64,000 bases of DNA from contig CAVXGR010000018.1 of the NCBI GenBank assembly GCA_963761335.1, forward strand, positions 128,001 to 192,000, read 5' to 3'. Of the stretch, positions 29,144 through 38,752 are shown piece after piece (the stretch's first letter is position 1; every line of letters begins with the position of its first letter). The notes under the pieces are model-generated. The model was not told the origin of the DNA, did not search any database, and was given only the letters and a program-made list of their open reading frames with translations. This DNA comes from an uncultured delta proteobacterium (lineage in GTDB: Bacteria > Desulfobacterota > Binatia > HRBIN30 > BPIQ01). Position numbers and translations under genes: made by a program.

Positions 29144-29601
29144 CGGCGATCGTCGCAAGCGCACAGATGAGCCAAGCGACCGCGACCCTGAAGAATCAGC
29201 TCTCGGAGCTCGCCCGGCTGAGTCGCTTCGTCGAAAGCTTCGGCGCGCAGCACGGTCTTTCCGCCCAGACAGTTTTCGAGCTCACCCTCGCTCTGGATGA
29301 AGTGCTGACGAACATCATCTCGTATGCCTACGAGGACAGCCGCGCCCATGACATCGTCGTCCGCTTGATGGAAGCGAAGGCGGTTGAGGGCCGTCACCTG
29401 AGCGTGCAGGTCGAGGACGACGGGCGGCCGTTCAATCCGTTGGAGGTCCGCGCTTCTCGGACCGACGTGCCGCTCGAAGCGCGGAGCATCGGGGGGCTTG
29501 GTATCCATCTCGTGCGCAAGGTGATGGAGCAGTTGGAGTATTGCCGGCAAGACGGCAAGAACGTGCTGATGATGCGCAAGACAATCGCGGAGACTCGCTA
29601 G
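29140..29601 (+). CDS. Anti-sigma factor / Ser kinase (RsbW/SpoIIAB-like)
   Basis: DEVLTNIISYAY, DDGRPFNP and GGLGIHLV motifs. Start may be ATG 29167. Confidence 0.9.
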   Translation: MTAIVASAQMSQATATLKNQLSELARLSRFVESFGAQHGLSAQTVFELTLALDEVLTNIISYAYEDSRAHDIVVRLMEAKAVEGRHLSVQVEDDGRPFNPLEVRASRTDVPLEARSIGGLGIHLVRKVMEQLEYCRQDGKNVLMMRKTIAETR

Positions 29602-29626
29602 GGCGAGCTCCTCCGGGGAGGCACAC

Positions 29627-29968
29627 ATGGAGATCTCGGAAGGCAAGAAGAGCGGGGTGGTGATTCTCTCCGTCAAGGGGCGGCTGGACGCCTCCAATGC
29701 GGCAACCCTCGAGCAGCAGCTCCTGGCATTGATCGATGCCGGGGAGCAGCGCCTGGTCCTCGACGGGGCAGGGCTCGACTACATCAGCAGCGCCGGCCTG
29801 CGCGTGCTGCTCGTCGCCGCCAAGCGCCTCCGCTCCGGCGGCGGCGGGATCGCCCTGGCGGCGCTGCGGGATCCCGTCAAAGAGGTGCTCGACATCGCCG
29901 GCTTCTCATCCATCTTCAAGCTCTACCGCACCGCGGACGAGGCGGTCGCTGCAGTCGCCGGGGGGTAG
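29627..29968 (+). CDS. STAS anti-anti-sigma factor (RsbV/SpoIIAA-like)
   Basis: GRLDA...LDYISSAGLRVL; GGAGG SD. Confidence 0.93.
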   Translation: MEISEGKKSGVVILSVKGRLDASNAATLEQQLLALIDAGEQRLVLDGAGLDYISSAGLRVLLVAAKRLRSGGGGIALAALRDPVKEVLDIAGFSSIFKLYRTADEAVAAVAGG

Positions 29969-29978
29969 GGCCGCCCGA

Positions 29979-30791
29979 TCAGACGTAGTTTCGGCGCAAC
30001 ATCTCCGCCGCCGACTCGTCGAGCTGGTCGCCGCGGCGCACCTCCTCGAAGCGCCCGAGCAGATCGTCGACACGCAGCCGCCGCTTCTCCGCCCCGCGAA
30101 GGTCGTGGATGACCCGGCCGCGGTGCATCATCACGAGCCGGTCGCCGAGATTGGCCGCTTGTTGCATCGAGTGCGTCACCATCAATGTCGTCAGCGCGTC
30201 GCGCCGGATGACCTCCTCGCTGAGACGGATGACCTGATCGGCGCTCTTGGGATCGAGGGCCGCCGTGTGCTCATCGAGGAGCAGAAGTCGCGGCTTGAGC
30301 CAGGTCGCCATGAGCAACGTCAACGCCTGGCGTTGGCCGCCCGAGAGGCTGCCGATGGCGTTGTCCAGGCGATCCTCGAGCCCCATTCCCAACCGCCGGA
30401 TGCGCTCGCGGATCGCGCCCGCGACGTCGCCGCGCAGCGCCCAGCCAAGCCCGCGGCGCTGCCCGCGCCGCGCCGCCAGCGCGATATTCTCTGCAATGGA
30501 CATATCCGGAGCGGTACCACTGAACGGACTCTGAAAGACGCGGCCAATCAGCCGTGCCCGCCGGTGCTCCGGCCACCGGGTCACGTTCCGGCCGGCGAGC
30601 CGGATGGAGCCCGCCTCCACGAAAAATGTTCCCGCAACCGCATTGAGCAACGTCGACTTTCCGGAGCCGTTGGTGCCGATGACGATGACGAACGAGCCTT
30701 CGTCGACCGTCAAGGTGACATCTTCGAGCGCCATCACCTCGTTCGGGGTGCCGCGATTGAACGTCTTGCGGATGTTGCGCACCTCAAGCAT
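29979..30791 (-). CDS. ABC transporter ATP-binding protein
   Basis: GTNGSGKST, LSGGQ and LLLDEHT motifs. Confidence 0.93.
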   Translation of the reverse strand: MLEVRNIRKTFNRGTPNEVMALEDVTLTVDEGSFVIVIGTNGSGKSTLLNAVAGTFFVEAGSIRLAGRNVTRWPEHRRARLIGRVFQSPFSGTAPDMSIAENIALAARRGQRRGLGWALRGDVAGAIRERIRRLGMGLEDRLDNAIGSLSGGQRQALTLLMATWLKPRLLLLDEHTAALDPKSADQVIRLSEEVIRRDALTTLMVTHSMQQAANLGDRLVMMHRGRVIHDLRGAEKRRLRVDDLLGRFEEVRRGDQLDESAAEMLRRNYV

Positions 30792-31722
30792 TCGGCACGA
30801 GCTCCCCGCGCCGGCGCACGCTGCGCAGCACGTTCGGCAGGACCAACGCCACGAACACGAAGGCGGCCGTGATGAGCTTGAGGTCGTTCGGGTTGAGGCC
30901 GGCGCGCAAGGCAATGGCGATGAGCAGGCGGAACAGCACCGAGCCCATCACCGAGCCGACGATGACCAGCCCGAGCTGCGGCGTGCCCACCAGGGCCTCG
31001 CCGATGATCACACTGGCCAGGCCCCAGACCACCATGCCGATGCCCATCTGCACGTCGGCGAACCCCTGATACTGTGCCAGCAGCGCGCCTGCCAGGGCGA
31101 TCAGCCCGTTCGATACGGCGAGGCCGAGGATGGTCATGTTCTCCACGTTCACCCCCAGGGCCCGCACCATTTGTGCGTTGTTGCCGGTGGCGCGCATCGC
31201 CGTCCCCAGGTTCGTCCGGAAGAACGCGTACAGCAGGAGGCTCGCCAGGGCGACCACACCCGTCATCAGGACGAGCACCGAAGCGTCCCGCGTGTTCACT
31301 TCCCAGCCGAGCACGTTCACACTGGGGGCACCGCCCAGAGCCCGCGTGCCCAGGCGCTCCGCGATCGTCGCCAGCGAGTCGACGGACAACAGCGGAACGT
31401 TGCTCTTGCCCATGACGTGCAGGTTCACCGAGTACAGCGCGGTCATCACCAGAATGCCTGCCAGGAGGCCGTTGATGTGGAACTTCGTGTGCAGCACCCC
31501 CGTCGTCGCGCCCGCCACGAGGCCGCCACAGAAACCCGCCAGCGTTGCCCACACCGGGTTGACGCCGCCGACGAGCAGCACTGCGGCGATGGAGGCACCC
31601 AAGGTGATGGAGCCGTCGGCGGTGATATCCGGAAAGTCGAACACCCGGAAGCTGATGAACACGCCCAGCGCCAGCAGCGACAGGATCAAGCCGATCGTCA
31701 GTGCGCCGATGAGTAGCGTCAT
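30784..31722 (-). CDS. ABC transporter permease (putative Trp/Tyr transporter type)
   Basis: DFPDITADGS, G.AMRATG.N and FADVQMGIG motifs; multi-pass membrane protein. Confidence 0.92.
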   Translation of the reverse strand: MTLLIGALTIGLILSLLALGVFISFRVFDFPDITADGSITLGASIAAVLLVGGVNPVWATLAGFCGGLVAGATTGVLHTKFHINGLLAGILVMTALYSVNLHVMGKSNVPLLSVDSLATIAERLGTRALGGAPSVNVLGWEVNTRDASVLVLMTGVVALASLLLYAFFRTNLGTAMRATGNNAQMVRALGVNVENMTILGLAVSNGLIALAGALLAQYQGFADVQMGIGMVVWGLASVIIGEALVGTPQLGLVIVGSVMGSVLFRLLIAIALRAGLNPNDLKLITAAFVFVALVLPNVLRSVRRRGELVPNA

Positions 31723-32966
31723 GCCGAGTTTCGCCCCGTGACCATGGCGGAGATGGGGCCGATCCAGCAGGCGCCGCGCACGAAGTCGCTCTGCCCGGCG
31801 CCGCTGATCTCGCGATCGTCGGTGAGCAGGTGCAGGACGCCCTGCAAGGTCTCGGCTTCGAGGAGCGTCGCCACCGTGGCCGCGAGATCGATGTCGCCCT
31901 TCTGCATGGGCCGATACGAAAAGGCGGCGGCGTGAAAGTGTCCGGCGGCGGGTGCGCCGGCCGCCAGGGGTCGGAGAAACGCGGACAGCTCCGGCGGCGC
32001 TGCGCGCGCCGCCACGCCCACCGCCAGCGCGAGGCTGCGGCGATAGGCTCGCTCCGGCGTGAAGGACAGCCGCTCGCGGATCTCCGACATCTCGAAGGCG
32101 CCGCGATCGGATGCCCCCGTCGCCGGCGAACGCCGCAGGGCGGCACCCACCAAGCCCGCGGTCTCACCGATGACGACGATGCCGGCCGCCTCTGCGCCGG
32201 CGATCTCCAAGCTCACCTGCGCCAGCGCCGCGAGGGTGATCGCGCCGGCCTCGGGCCGGGCCTCGAAGCGCGCCAGGCATCCGAGCTTGCCCTCGCACGT
32301 GATCGCGTAGAGAACCTTCATCTCGGGGACGAATGCCCCCGCCGAGACCAGGTAATCCGGCACGCTCGAGCCGTCCGTCGGCAGGTAGGCGGCGGTCCCG
32401 GCGACTGCCAGAAATTCTCCGAAGCGGGTGTGGCAGTCGTCGAAGCTGCTGCCGAACGCACCCAGCCCCACCGCCAAGGTATCGGCGGGAAACCTCATGG
32501 TGCGGCAGTGCTCCGCCTTGAACCGGCTGCCGAGCAGCAAGGTGGGATCGCCGACGGTGCGGCAGGTGAGCGCCGCGCCGGGAAGCGCTTCGAAGACCTC
32601 GAAGCTCGCTCCATGCCGTTCGAGAGGGCGGCTCGCACGCGGCTGCAACGCCGGCGGCAGACCGGCCTCGACGGCCAGCAGCGCCTCGAGGCCGGACAGC
32701 TCGAGCACCACCTTGACCGCCTCGGAGGGATTGCTCACGGCAAACGAGCCGTTGATCTGTTGGAGCTGCTTGTAGAACTTCAACAGCACGCGGATGCCGA
32801 CGGAGCTCATGTAGGTCACATGGGCCATGTTGAGGTGGATGCGATGCGCCCCGTCGCGCACGCTCTCGTCCAGCGCGGCGGAGAGATGGTCGGCCCAGTA
32901 CGCGTCGAGACGCCCCTCGACCCTCACTTCGAGTACGTCATCGGCAACGCTCTTGGTGATATCCAT
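31719..32966 (-). CDS. STAS domain fused to an uncharacterised ~300-aa domain
   Basis: MDIT...GRLDAYW...TYMSSVGIRVL STAS; C-terminal part contains GLGAF...GE and GHFHA. Confidence 0.85.
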   Translation of the reverse strand: MDITKSVADDVLEVRVEGRLDAYWADHLSAALDESVRDGAHRIHLNMAHVTYMSSVGIRVLLKFYKQLQQINGSFAVSNPSEAVKVVLELSGLEALLAVEAGLPPALQPRASRPLERHGASFEVFEALPGAALTCRTVGDPTLLLGSRFKAEHCRTMRFPADTLAVGLGAFGSSFDDCHTRFGEFLAVAGTAAYLPTDGSSVPDYLVSAGAFVPEMKVLYAITCEGKLGCLARFEARPEAGAITLAALAQVSLEIAGAEAAGIVVIGETAGLVGAALRRSPATGASDRGAFEMSEIRERLSFTPERAYRRSLALAVGVAARAAPPELSAFLRPLAAGAPAAGHFHAAAFSYRPMQKGDIDLAATVATLLEAETLQGVLHLLTDDREISGAGQSDFVRGACWIGPISAMVTGRNSA

Positions 32967-32968
32967 CC

Positions 32969-35938
32969 CTACCGTCCCTCCGCTCGCGGCGAGCCATCGA
33001 TGGGGTGCTGGCCGATCACCTCGTCCGCCCGCGCCAGGAGCGCCGGCGGCACCGTTAGACCAAATGACCGCGCCGCGTCCAGATTGACGATGATCTTCAC
33101 CGTCCGCAGCAGCTGAAACGGGATGCGTGCGGGACTTTCCCCGCGCATGATCCGTGCGGCCATGAGACCGGCATCGCGTCCGCCGTCGTAGTAGTCTCGC
33201 GCCACCACGACGGCGGCGCCGTCCTGGGCGTTGCTGCTCAGGGAGCCGAACAGCGGGATGCGGGCCCGCTGCGCCGCTTGGGCGATGCTGGCGAAGGCGA
33301 CGGTGGTCAGGTTGCCGGCGACCTGCACCACCGCATCGATGCGCCGGTTGACCAAGGCCAGCGCCGCATCGGACATCTCCGCGCTCGTATTGGCCGCCAT
33401 CGGCACCACCTCGATGCCGCGCTCTTTCGCCGCGGCGGTGAGCTGATCCTTGTTGAAGACCGAGTTCACCTCCGCCGGCACGAACAGCGTGCCCACTCGG
33501 CGCACGTGCGGCAGGCACTCCTGAACGACGCTCAGCAGGTTCTCGTAGGCGCTGCGTGTCGGCACTCCGGTGACGTTGGGAAGGTGGTCCGTGTCGCTGC
33601 GACCCGCTCCGGCCGCGACGGCGTCCGCAACGAAGGTGAAGACGATCGGAACGCCGCGCGCCCGTTGCAGCGCCGCCTGTAGGGTCGGCGTCGACAGGGT
33701 CATGATCAGATCCGCGCCGTCCGTGAGGGCGGCGTCGACCAGGGCGCTCAGGGTCGGCATATCCCCCTGCGCGTTGCGCACCGTCAGCCGATAGTCGCGC
33801 CCATCGAGCAGGCCGGCTTGCCGGAGGCCGGAGCGGATGCCGCGCTCGGCATCCTCCACATCGAGGACGTTGATGTACTCGAGGAGATTGACCTGCCATG
33901 TCTTATCCAAGGCCGCGGCCGCAGCAGGGGTGGGCACCGCCGTCGCCTCGGCGCGGCGATGGGTGCCCGTCTGGTCGACGATCTCGTCGGCTTCATCGAG
34001 GACGTCCTTGGGAAAGGTGATGCCGAGCTTGCCGGCAACGCTCTGGTTGAGCGACACCGTCTTCACGGCGACGTTCTCCATCGGGATGTCCCCCGGCGAG
34101 GCCCCCAGCAGCACGCGCGCCGCCAGCTTCGCCGCGGCGTAGCCGCTCTGGTAGAAGCCGATCCCGACGCATGCCAGCGCGCCCTGGGGGACCAGCTCGG
34201 GATCGTTGTTGATGATCGGCAGATGCGCGTCATTGGCCACGCGTACGATCGCGTCGAAGGCCTGGATGGCGGTGTTGTCGCCGGTGATCCACAGTGCTTG
34301 CACGTTGCGGGCGACGAGCGCCTGTGCCGCTTGGAACACCTCGCTGGAGTTGGTCACTGTGACTTCCTCCAGATCGATCTTCCGCTGCGCAAAGACGCGG
34401 CGCGCAACCTCGGCGACCTTGCGGGAGTTGGCCTCGGAGCTGTTGTACAGCGTGCCGACGGACCGCACTCCCGGGATGAGCCGCTGAATCATCGCAACGG
34501 TGTCTTCGACCGGGGGGAACGAGCCGACCCCGGTGACGTTCGGATTGTGATCCGTCGAGCTGGTTCCCGCCCCGGCGGCAATCGGGTCGTAGACATACGT
34601 GAACACCACCGGCGTGCGCTTCACCGTGCCGCACGCCGCTGTCAGGCACGGCGTCGTCAGCGTGACCAGGAGATCGAAGCCCTGGCCGTCGTAGTTCTGG
34701 AGCAGCGCGGGAATGTTGGCGATCTCTCCCTGCGCATGCGCCCGGTGGACGACGAGGTTTCCTCCTTCGACGAACCCGAGGTCGCGCAGGCCGTCGAACA
34801 ACCCCTTCATACAGATGTCGGCCCCCGCATCCGGCGCGAAGTACACCAGACCTATTTTGAACACTCGTCCCGGAGGTGGCGTCACCAGCGTGGCGAACGG
34901 TGTGACCGGCGCGGGGTTCTCCTGGCGGACCTGCGCGGCGCGCCGCACGTCATCGGGAAGCCTCCAGGGATCCTTCAGTCCGGCGAGGGCTTTCTCATTC
35001 ACGATCATCGTCTCGGGCATGACGTTCGTGATGGGGACCGTGGCCGGATCTCGGCCACCGAGAATCTCTCCCGCGAGAACGCCGGCAAGTCGGCCGACCT
35101 CGTGATAGTTGGCGCCGACGTCGAACAGCGCGCCGCGGTCGGCGCTGCCGGGATTGCTGGTGAAGACGGGGATGTTGGCCTGCCGCGCGGCGGCGATCAC
35201 CCCGCCGATGGCCGTGAGCACGGTGACGTCACCCCCGACCCACAACGCCTGTACGTCGCGAGCGACCAGGGCGCTCGCCGCCTCGCGGACGCCGGCCGTC
35301 CCGTCCACGTTTGCTTCGAGGAGGGTGATCCCGAGGTCCTTGCAGACGGCGCGCGCCAGCCGTGTATTGGCCTCCGAGTTGGCTTCGGACGGGTTCCAGA
35401 CCTCGCCCACGACCTTCAAGCCGGGGAACAACCGCCGCGCCAGGCGAAAGGTCTCCGCGACCGGTTGCATCGTCCCGTAGCCGGCCAGATAGGGCGGATG
35501 TGCCAAGGGGTCATCGCGACTGATTCCCACGCCGGCAGCGGCGGGGTCAGTGACGAGGGCGAAGACATGGGCGAGCTTGCGCGTCTTGTTCACGTTTGCG
35601 ACCGCCTGCAGACTGACGGTCGTTGCCGTGAGCACCAGATCATAGTCGCCGCTGGTGATCTCATGGGCGATTGTGTTTGCCGTCGGCAGGTCGTTCTCGG
35701 CGTTGTAGCGCCGCACCGACAGCGTTTGGCCGGCGACGAACCCCTTCTCTGCCAATCCGTCCAGCATTCCCTGAACGCCTTCCTCGATGATGGGCTGCGA
35801 GGCGTGCTGGAGGATTGCCACCCGCGCGAGATGGCGCCGCGTCGTCCGGCGGCGTGACGCGTCGGAGAGGAGGAGGACGGCCGACGCCAGAAGGATGAGG
35901 AAGACCCCCAACCACAGCCGTTTGAACACGGACCACAT
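32969..35938 (-). CDS. Membrane-anchored ABC substrate-binding protein with three tandem ABC_sub_bind domains
   Basis: N-terminal TM, then three ~300-aa repeats, each with G..xG...A(Q/E).....TxxT..L, E.NS and G..A..IL.G..P motifs. Confidence 0.9.
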   Translation of the reverse strand: MWSVFKRLWLGVFLILLASAVLLLSDASRRRTTRRHLARVAILQHASQPIIEEGVQGMLDGLAEKGFVAGQTLSVRRYNAENDLPTANTIAHEITSGDYDLVLTATTVSLQAVANVNKTRKLAHVFALVTDPAAAGVGISRDDPLAHPPYLAGYGTMQPVAETFRLARRLFPGLKVVGEVWNPSEANSEANTRLARAVCKDLGITLLEANVDGTAGVREAASALVARDVQALWVGGDVTVLTAIGGVIAAARQANIPVFTSNPGSADRGALFDVGANYHEVGRLAGVLAGEILGGRDPATVPITNVMPETMIVNEKALAGLKDPWRLPDDVRRAAQVRQENPAPVTPFATLVTPPPGRVFKIGLVYFAPDAGADICMKGLFDGLRDLGFVEGGNLVVHRAHAQGEIANIPALLQNYDGQGFDLLVTLTTPCLTAACGTVKRTPVVFTYVYDPIAAGAGTSSTDHNPNVTGVGSFPPVEDTVAMIQRLIPGVRSVGTLYNSSEANSRKVAEVARRVFAQRKIDLEEVTVTNSSEVFQAAQALVARNVQALWITGDNTAIQAFDAIVRVANDAHLPIINNDPELVPQGALACVGIGFYQSGYAAAKLAARVLLGASPGDIPMENVAVKTVSLNQSVAGKLGITFPKDVLDEADEIVDQTGTHRRAEATAVPTPAAAAALDKTWQVNLLEYINVLDVEDAERGIRSGLRQAGLLDGRDYRLTVRNAQGDMPTLSALVDAALTDGADLIMTLSTPTLQAALQRARGVPIVFTFVADAVAAGAGRSDTDHLPNVTGVPTRSAYENLLSVVQECLPHVRRVGTLFVPAEVNSVFNKDQLTAAAKERGIEVVPMAANTSAEMSDAALALVNRRIDAVVQVAGNLTTVAFASIAQAAQRARIPLFGSLSSNAQDGAAVVVARDYYDGGRDAGLMAARIMRGESPARIPFQLLRTVKIIVNLDAARSFGLTVPPALLARADEVIGQHPIDGSPRAEGR

Positions 35939-36073
35939 CCGCAGGATCACTTCTACTTCGATCGGTTTTCTGGTCCTGTGCCCGCCGCCATTCAGCACAG
36001 GCCGTTACGAGAGAGCCCGTCCCATACGCCGAAATGCCCGTGCAATCCAACCAGCGTGATTCCAGGCGGAGGG

Positions 36074-37507
36074 CTACTTGATGGTCTTCGAGGAGAAGCC
36101 GCGGTCGTTGTAGAGGAGGTGGGTGCGCTTGCCGTTCACCGCGGTCTCGAGGACGACGTCGCGTTGCCACAGGCGGTACATGTAGGAGAGGGTGCGCTCG
36201 CAGTACTCGAGGAGGAGGTCGCGGCCGTCGTGCTCGTGGACGAGAAGCAGGGTGCGGGTGCCGCCGAAGTCGGCGTCGTGGACGCGGATGACGGGCACGG
36301 ATCCCATGCCGACGTTGTGCACCAGGGTGTCCTTGACGGCGCGCCAGCCGTCGTCGTCGCCGACGGCGCTGACCACCATGTCCTCGCCGCGCGAGCGGTA
36401 CTCGAACAGGTCGAGCTCGCGAATCAGCCGCGGCGTCAGATGGCGGCGGATGAAGGAGACGTCGCGGTCCACCTCGCGGGTGGCGAAGATCTGCTTCAGC
36501 CCGTCGCCGCCGCCGGGCGGCAGCTCGTCTTTCTCGTCGGCATCGGGCTGGTCGTGGCGGCGGCGGATGTCCTCCCACATGCGCAGGCCGAGGTGGTACG
36601 GGTTGAGACCGCCGGGATGCGGACGCACCACCTGGTTGTGGCGCACGATGAACTCCAGCTGCAGATCCTGTGGCAGCTCGAGGCTATCGAGGATCTGCTT
36701 GTGCCAGTAGCTCGCCCAGCCCTCGTTCATGATCTTGGTTTCGATCTGCGGGATGAAGTACTGCGCCTCCTCGTGCACGATGGTGAGCAGGTCCTTCTCC
36801 CACTCGCTCAGATAGGGGTTGTGGTCGCGGACGAAGAGGAGGAGGTCCTCGTCCGGCTCGGGGGGGACGGTGCGCAGATCGGGCGTCTCGTACTCCTGGC
36901 GGCGATGGATCTTCTGAAACGGATCAGGCGGCGGCTCGGCGGCCTCGAGAATCTGCCGGCGCGCCTCGCTGGCGGTGCGCTTGTGCACCGCCAGGTTGCG
37001 GCGGCACTGCAGCGACAGTGCATGTGCGGCGTCCAGGATGTTCTCCACCTGATCGAGGCCGATGCTGGGATCCTCGACGTAGCGGCGCACGCGGCTGGCG
37101 TGCGCCTTGAAGTTGCCGATGGTGAACTCGGCGCGGGTGCTCTGGAAGGTGAAGTTGTTGCGAAAGAAATCGTTGTGGCCGTAGACGTGGGCGATGGTGA
37201 GCACCTGCAGGCAGAGGCTGTTGTCGCGCATGAGATAGGCGAGTGCCGGGCTCGAGTTGATCACCATCTCGTACGGCAGGCCCGAGACGCCGTAGTCGTA
37301 CATCGTCTTCAGCTTCTCGTACGACTTGCCGTACGACCAGTGCGGGTAGTGCGACGGCATGCCCGAGTACGCCATGTAGCCGAGCATGTCGTTGTGGTCG
37401 CAGATCTCGAACTCCTGCGGGTAACAGCGCAGGCCGAACTCGTCCACCTTCTCGCGGATGCGGCGGTCCCAGTATTCGAGGTCCTTCTGCTCGTAGCTGC
37501 TCGACAT
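36074..37507 (-). CDS. spoVR: SpoVR family protein
   Basis: YPHWSYGK, YEMVINS, HVYGHNDFF, TKIMNEGWASYWH and NPYHLG motifs. Confidence 0.93.
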   Translation of the reverse strand: MSSSYEQKDLEYWDRRIREKVDEFGLRCYPQEFEICDHNDMLGYMAYSGMPSHYPHWSYGKSYEKLKTMYDYGVSGLPYEMVINSSPALAYLMRDNSLCLQVLTIAHVYGHNDFFRNNFTFQSTRAEFTIGNFKAHASRVRRYVEDPSIGLDQVENILDAAHALSLQCRRNLAVHKRTASEARRQILEAAEPPPDPFQKIHRRQEYETPDLRTVPPEPDEDLLLFVRDHNPYLSEWEKDLLTIVHEEAQYFIPQIETKIMNEGWASYWHKQILDSLELPQDLQLEFIVRHNQVVRPHPGGLNPYHLGLRMWEDIRRRHDQPDADEKDELPPGGGDGLKQIFATREVDRDVSFIRRHLTPRLIRELDLFEYRSRGEDMVVSAVGDDDGWRAVKDTLVHNVGMGSVPVIRVHDADFGGTRTLLLVHEHDGRDLLLEYCERTLSYMYRLWQRDVVLETAVNGKRTHLLYNDRGFSSKTIK

Positions 37508-37533
37508 GGTCGTCTCGGCGTCGGGGAAGCGGC

Positions 37534-38730
37534 TCAGCTCGTCTCGGCGCCGCGATCCTTGGCGAGGAAGGCCTTGAAGCTCGGCCAGATGTCCTCCTTG
37601 CGCTCGATCAGCACGGTCTGGAAGTTGTCGGCCTCGAGGTTGCGGAAGATGTGCAGCATCGAGCTCTCGTAGTAGCGCGAGCCGAGCGGCTTGATCTCGC
37701 CGTAGCCGAACAGGTTGCAGACCTCCGCCAGCTCGCTGGCGGCGCGCAGGGCGGCGGGGTTGTCGGAATCGAAGTTGTCGCCGTCGGAGCAGTGGAAGGC
37801 GTAGAGGTTCCACAGCGACGGGTGATAGCGCTCGGCGATGATCTCCAGCGCCTTGCTGTAGCCGGACGAGATGAAGGTCCCGCCGGACTCGCCCTTGTGA
37901 AAGAAATCCTCTTCGGAGACCTCGCTCGCCTCGGTGTGGTGCCCGATGAAGACGATCTCGACGTTGCGGTACTTGGTGACGATGAACTGGTAGAGCAGGA
38001 AGAAGAAGCTGCGGGCCAGATACTTCTTCATCGTGTCCATCGAGCCGGAGGTGTCCATGATGCACACCACGGCGGCATTGGACTCCTTCTTCATCTCCGG
38101 CATCACGTGCCGGAAGGTCAGGTCCTCGTCGTGGAAGGGAAAGCGCTCGCGCGCCTGCGGGAAGTGGTGCTCCTGGTGGCGTGTCGCCAGCTTGCGACGC
38201 ACGCGCGCCTTCACGGTGCGCCGCTTGTCGAGGCGGATGCGGATGCCCACCTGGCGGTACCCTTTTCTCTTGCTCATGCGGGGCGCGGCGATCTCCCGCA
38301 ACCGGCGGCGCTCCATGTCGGGGAGCTCGAGATCCTCGAACATGATGTCGATGAGCTCCTCCAGGGTCACGTCGGTCTCGTAGTAGTCGACGCCGGGGCG
38401 ATCCCCGGCGCGATCCGGCTTGGCCTCGCCCTCGCCCTGGTTGCTCTTGCCGACGACCTGTCCGGGCTGGGTGTCGCCGTTTCCCTGGCCGACGCCGGGT
38501 TGGTTCTCCCCGTAGACGAAGCGGTACTCCTTGACGCCGCGGATGGGGACCTTGATCAGCTTCTCGCGGTCCTGGCCGATGATCGACTCCTCGGCGACGA
38601 TGTCGGCGATGTTCTCGCGGATCGCCTGCCGCACCTTCTGCCGGTGGCGCAGGCGGTCGCCCGCCGAGCGGTCGCTGCGCTCCGCGTCGGAGTGGCGGAA
38701 GGGGCGGAAGATGGCGTCTGGCTGCGGCAT
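37534..38730 (-). CDS. yeaH: YeaH/YhbH (DUF444) vWA-like protein
   Basis: DRLRH, MDTSGSM, ESGGT and SDGDN motifs; located between prkA and spoVR. Confidence 0.9.
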   Translation of the reverse strand: MPQPDAIFRPFRHSDAERSDRSAGDRLRHRQKVRQAIRENIADIVAEESIIGQDREKLIKVPIRGVKEYRFVYGENQPGVGQGNGDTQPGQVVGKSNQGEGEAKPDRAGDRPGVDYYETDVTLEELIDIMFEDLELPDMERRRLREIAAPRMSKRKGYRQVGIRIRLDKRRTVKARVRRKLATRHQEHHFPQARERFPFHDEDLTFRHVMPEMKKESNAAVVCIMDTSGSMDTMKKYLARSFFFLLYQFIVTKYRNVEIVFIGHHTEASEVSEEDFFHKGESGGTFISSGYSKALEIIAERYHPSLWNLYAFHCSDGDNFDSDNPAALRAASELAEVCNLFGYGEIKPLGSRYYESSMLHIFRNLEADNFQTVLIERKEDIWPSFKAFLAKDRGAETS

Positions 38731-38752
38731 GATCGTCCGCGGGGCGCCGTCC

